From: Octopus sinensis
Taxonomy: Eukaryota
Assembly: GCF_006345805.1 (NCBI RefSeq)
Contig: NW_021824643.1
Span: forward strand, 1-18,048
Reading direction: 5' to 3'
DNA: 18,048 nucleotides
Positions 15,485 to 18,048 of this stretch are shown piece after piece. The translations under genes and the position numbers were made by a program. The stretch's first letter is position 1; each line of letters opens with the position of its first letter. The notes under the pieces are model-generated. The model did no database searches, was not told the origin of the DNA, and saw only the letters and a list, made by a program, of their open reading frames with translations.

Positions 15485-16457
15485 TCAATACTGTGTATAC
15501 CATCCCTTAGTGGAGGCGCAATGGCCCAGTGGTTAGGGCAGCGGACTCGCGGTCATATGATCGCGGTTTTGATTCCCAGACCGGGTGTTGTGAGTGTTTA
15601 TTGAGCGAAAACACCTAAAAGCTCCACGAGGCTCCGGCAGGGGATGGTGGTGATCCCTGCTGTACTCTTTCACCACAACTTTCTCTCACTCTTACTTCCT
15701 GTTTCTGTTGTACCTGTATTTCAAAGGGCCGGCCTTGTCACTCTCTGTGTCACGCTGAATATCCCCGAGAACTACGTTAAGGGTACACATTAATTTCACG
15801 AGCAGACTGTTCCGTTGATTCGGATCAACCGGAACCCTCATCGTCGTAACCGACGGAGTGCTTCCATACCTTCCCTGGGTGTTCAGAACGGCCATACACC
15901 GTCGGTAAATGGAGTGCATGAAGCGGTTCCCAAAAGCCATTGGCACCTGTGCTCACACCCTGAGGAAAGATGCTTCCAGTTCCACACGAGTTGTCGGGAC
16001 CACCTGGTTCAGCCGTCTCTGGATTTCATCCCACAGGTGTTCAATTGGGTTCAAATCTGGATTGAGAGCCGGCCACGGCATGGTTCTGATGTTGTGCTGA
16101 CGCAGGAAGTCCATGGTGACCCTGGCCGTGTGGAAGGGAGCATTGTCCTGCTGGAACACGTAGCTATGGTGACGCGCGAAGAAGGGCACGATATGAGGTC
16201 TTAGGATATGGTCAATGTAGTGCTGCGCTGTGATGCCATTCCCTCTGTCTGCACCAACATTTTGGAACACATGGGGCCCAATTCTCCGATTCATGCTTAT
16301 AACACCCCAAACCATGATGCTCTGGCCACCTCACGCGTCTCTCTCCATGACACATGCGTCTCCTACGCCACACCCTCACTCTGCCATCTGAGGTGCAAAC
16401 GCAGTACCGGCTCTCGTCAGAGAAGACTATCGACCTCCATTGTTGATGCCATCAAAA
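15485..16457 (-). pseudogene. Tc1 DD34E transposase pseudogene, interrupted by a SINE
   Basis: WHQQWRSIVFSDESRYC..SDGRVRVWRRR / ACVMERDA*GGQSIMVWGVIS...FQQDNAPFHTA...WPALNPDLNPIEHLWDE...LRV*AQVPM...RRCMAVLNTQG[SINE]YTQY*. There are 34 residues between the D of QDN and the E of PIE. In-frame TGA at 16331-16333 and 15953-15955, plus a frameshifting deletion near 16365. Confidence 0.92.
15508..15865 (+). mobile_element. SINE family 3 copy with 11-bp TSD and ~29-bp internal deletion
   Basis: Near-identical to the reverse complement of 7700-8094. TSD ATACCATCCCT (15497-15507) / ATACCTTCCCT (15866-15876). Confidence 0.92.
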
Positions 16458-16812
16458 ATGAGTGTCTCCTTCCTCGAGAATTTCAGAAAGGAGAGAATTT
16501 CCATATGCTCTGGAAAAGAGGGGTTGGAGAAAACCATGGCTATTGTGTGTCATAACCAACCGTGGGAAAAGCATATAAAAAGGCGTGCTTGATTTTAAAA
16601 CTGAGGAAGAGGTGAGAAGACAGATTAGGACTGTTATGAATAGGGAAAAGAAGTACAAGGTAAAGTTCGGTGGAACTGACAATGACGGTGACTGTTGGGT
16701 TAACACCAAGTTTGTGACACATTACGTATATGTGTATGGTGAAAGTAGAGGTAGATTACAACATATAATTAGGAGGCGGGGTTGCAACAACACTCCAGAT
16801 TCTAATGACTGA
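16458..16812 (+). pseudogene. Degenerate coding-like segment with a possible chromo-like motif
   Basis: Removing one 2-nt TG slip near 16546 and reading through TAA at 16576-16578 gives about 118 aa: IKNECLLPREFQKGENFHMLWKRGVGENHGYCVITNRGKSI*KGVLDFKTEEEVRRQIRTVMNREKKYKVKFGGTDNDGDCWVNTKFV... No family was confidently recognised. Confidence 0.35.
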
Positions 16813-17033
16813 AAACTGGAAGATTATGAGCCAGCAGTAAAAAAAAAAAATATTTGTGAGGTGGGATGCAAAGTTTTGTACTCTTCTCTTTAAACGTAAT
16901 TTCTTGGTTAAGTTCTTTTTATTTATTTATTTTTTTCAGGTCTGTTTTTAATACATCTGAGGTTATGATTCTTCAAAAAAATTATACGTAACATAAATCT
17001 GAATATACTTTTCGAAAAAAAACCCCAGAAAAC

Positions 17034-17065
<32 letters not shown>

Positions 17066-17379
17066 AATTACAGAAATGATATTGCGGTAGGGGAAGGGAG
17101 AACGAATCCCCTACCACCATGTCTTTTATCTATTTTTTTACTTTCTTTCTTCAAAATCGTAATCTACGATGCTTAAACATCCAAAAAAGTTTACAAAGAA
17201 TTTTGGCGCATTAGATAATTCCCAATTGCTATTCTTTAAAAAAAACCAAGTGCCTATGTGCTCGCGCGTGCATGTATATATGTATATGTGTATATGAGCG
17301 CACCCATGTGTGCGTGAGTGAGTGAGGCGTTCCTAAACCTTTTTTTTTCTGTTATACATAAACTTACTTCATTATCTCC

Positions 17380-18048
17380 CGTAGCTTATTTGTCTATTTG
17401 TTGTCAATACACAAACTAATCCATTTCTCTATTTATGTATCTCTATGTGTCTTTATTTAGTTATTACCTCTCCATATCCTTACATATTCATTTAAAACAC
17501 ATCTAGTACTTATCCATCTTACTCCTTTGTCTATATCTTCTATCAAGCTTATCGATCCACACACATATACACACGTATATATTTACCAAACTATTCTCTT
17601 TTCTATCTAACAAACCTACAATTTCCATCTACCTTAGCTCTCTTTCTCAAGCCATCTCTCTCTAAAATGCCACTGTATCTATTTCACATCTATTATGTAT
17701 CTAACTACATTTCTGTTAAACTTCCTACCAAACCTTTTCTTCTCTCTCTCTCTCCCCCACCCGTTTTCACCCCCCACTAATATATTTCCCCCGATCTTCT
17801 TCTCCTTCCTATCAACACCCTTTTTCCACCTCTCAAACTGTTCCTACCTTCCTATTTTCACCATCGAACCCTTTCACCTATACACAGATCCGCTCGCCCA
17901 CAGAAGCTGAAATCCACGTCTGCCCTACCCACCCAAAACCAATCTTAACACAAGCTAACCTACATAATCTAACCGCCCATCTATCTGCACCCCCACTTCT
18001 ATCCCACCTTCACAAAACCAGGCCTTCTTAATCACCCAGTCCACCCAC
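17380..18048. repeat. Degenerate C/T-rich, G-poor low-complexity region
   Basis: Decayed (CTAT)/(CT)/(CCA)-like motifs with very few G on the + strand. Confidence 0.6.

Larger units (their letters stand above)
15292..16457 (-). mobile_element. Truncated Tc1-family DNA transposon (one end plus 3' half of the transposase gene)
   Basis: TA|CACTGAAGCGCAAAAGAAACGCG at 15290-15314 looks like a Tc1 TIR with a TA target. Transposase homology runs from 16457 down to the stop at 15485-15487. The N-terminal half and the second TIR are absent. Confidence 0.85.

Noticed and set aside
16411-16420. CTGACGAG on the minus strand as a hammerhead core
   Set aside because: These are the codons for the S-D-E catalytic motif of the Tc1 transposase, and no GAAA or stems follow.

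Overview
Eukaryotic, repeat-saturated, mostly non-coding DNA. The SINE families and microsatellite load resemble an octopus/cephalopod genome (recall-based, not searched). No intact gene is present. The window holds three tRNA-headed SINE families (one amplified into two tandem arrays), two 5'-truncated CR1/L2-type LINE 3' ends, a broken Tc1 (DD34E) transposon with a SINE inserted in its last codons, a hAT-type MITE with a nested SINE, a non-autonomous Helitron, a Helentron/HINE-like fragment and long microsatellites. A well-formed 48-nt minus-strand exon at 496-543 suggests the window may be largely intronic to a host gene. The most interesting signal is three ~36-nt minimal type I hammerhead-ribozyme-like motifs (2594-2628 -, 2818-2853 -, 3871-3906 +) in Penelope-like pseudo-LTR units lodged in (TA)n tracts. 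They have non-canonical cores (U4C once, A6U twice), and the two tandem copies have mutually complementary stem-III sequences. Nearly all ORFs in the supplied track are repeat artefacts. Coordinates were counted by hand and may be off by a few bases.
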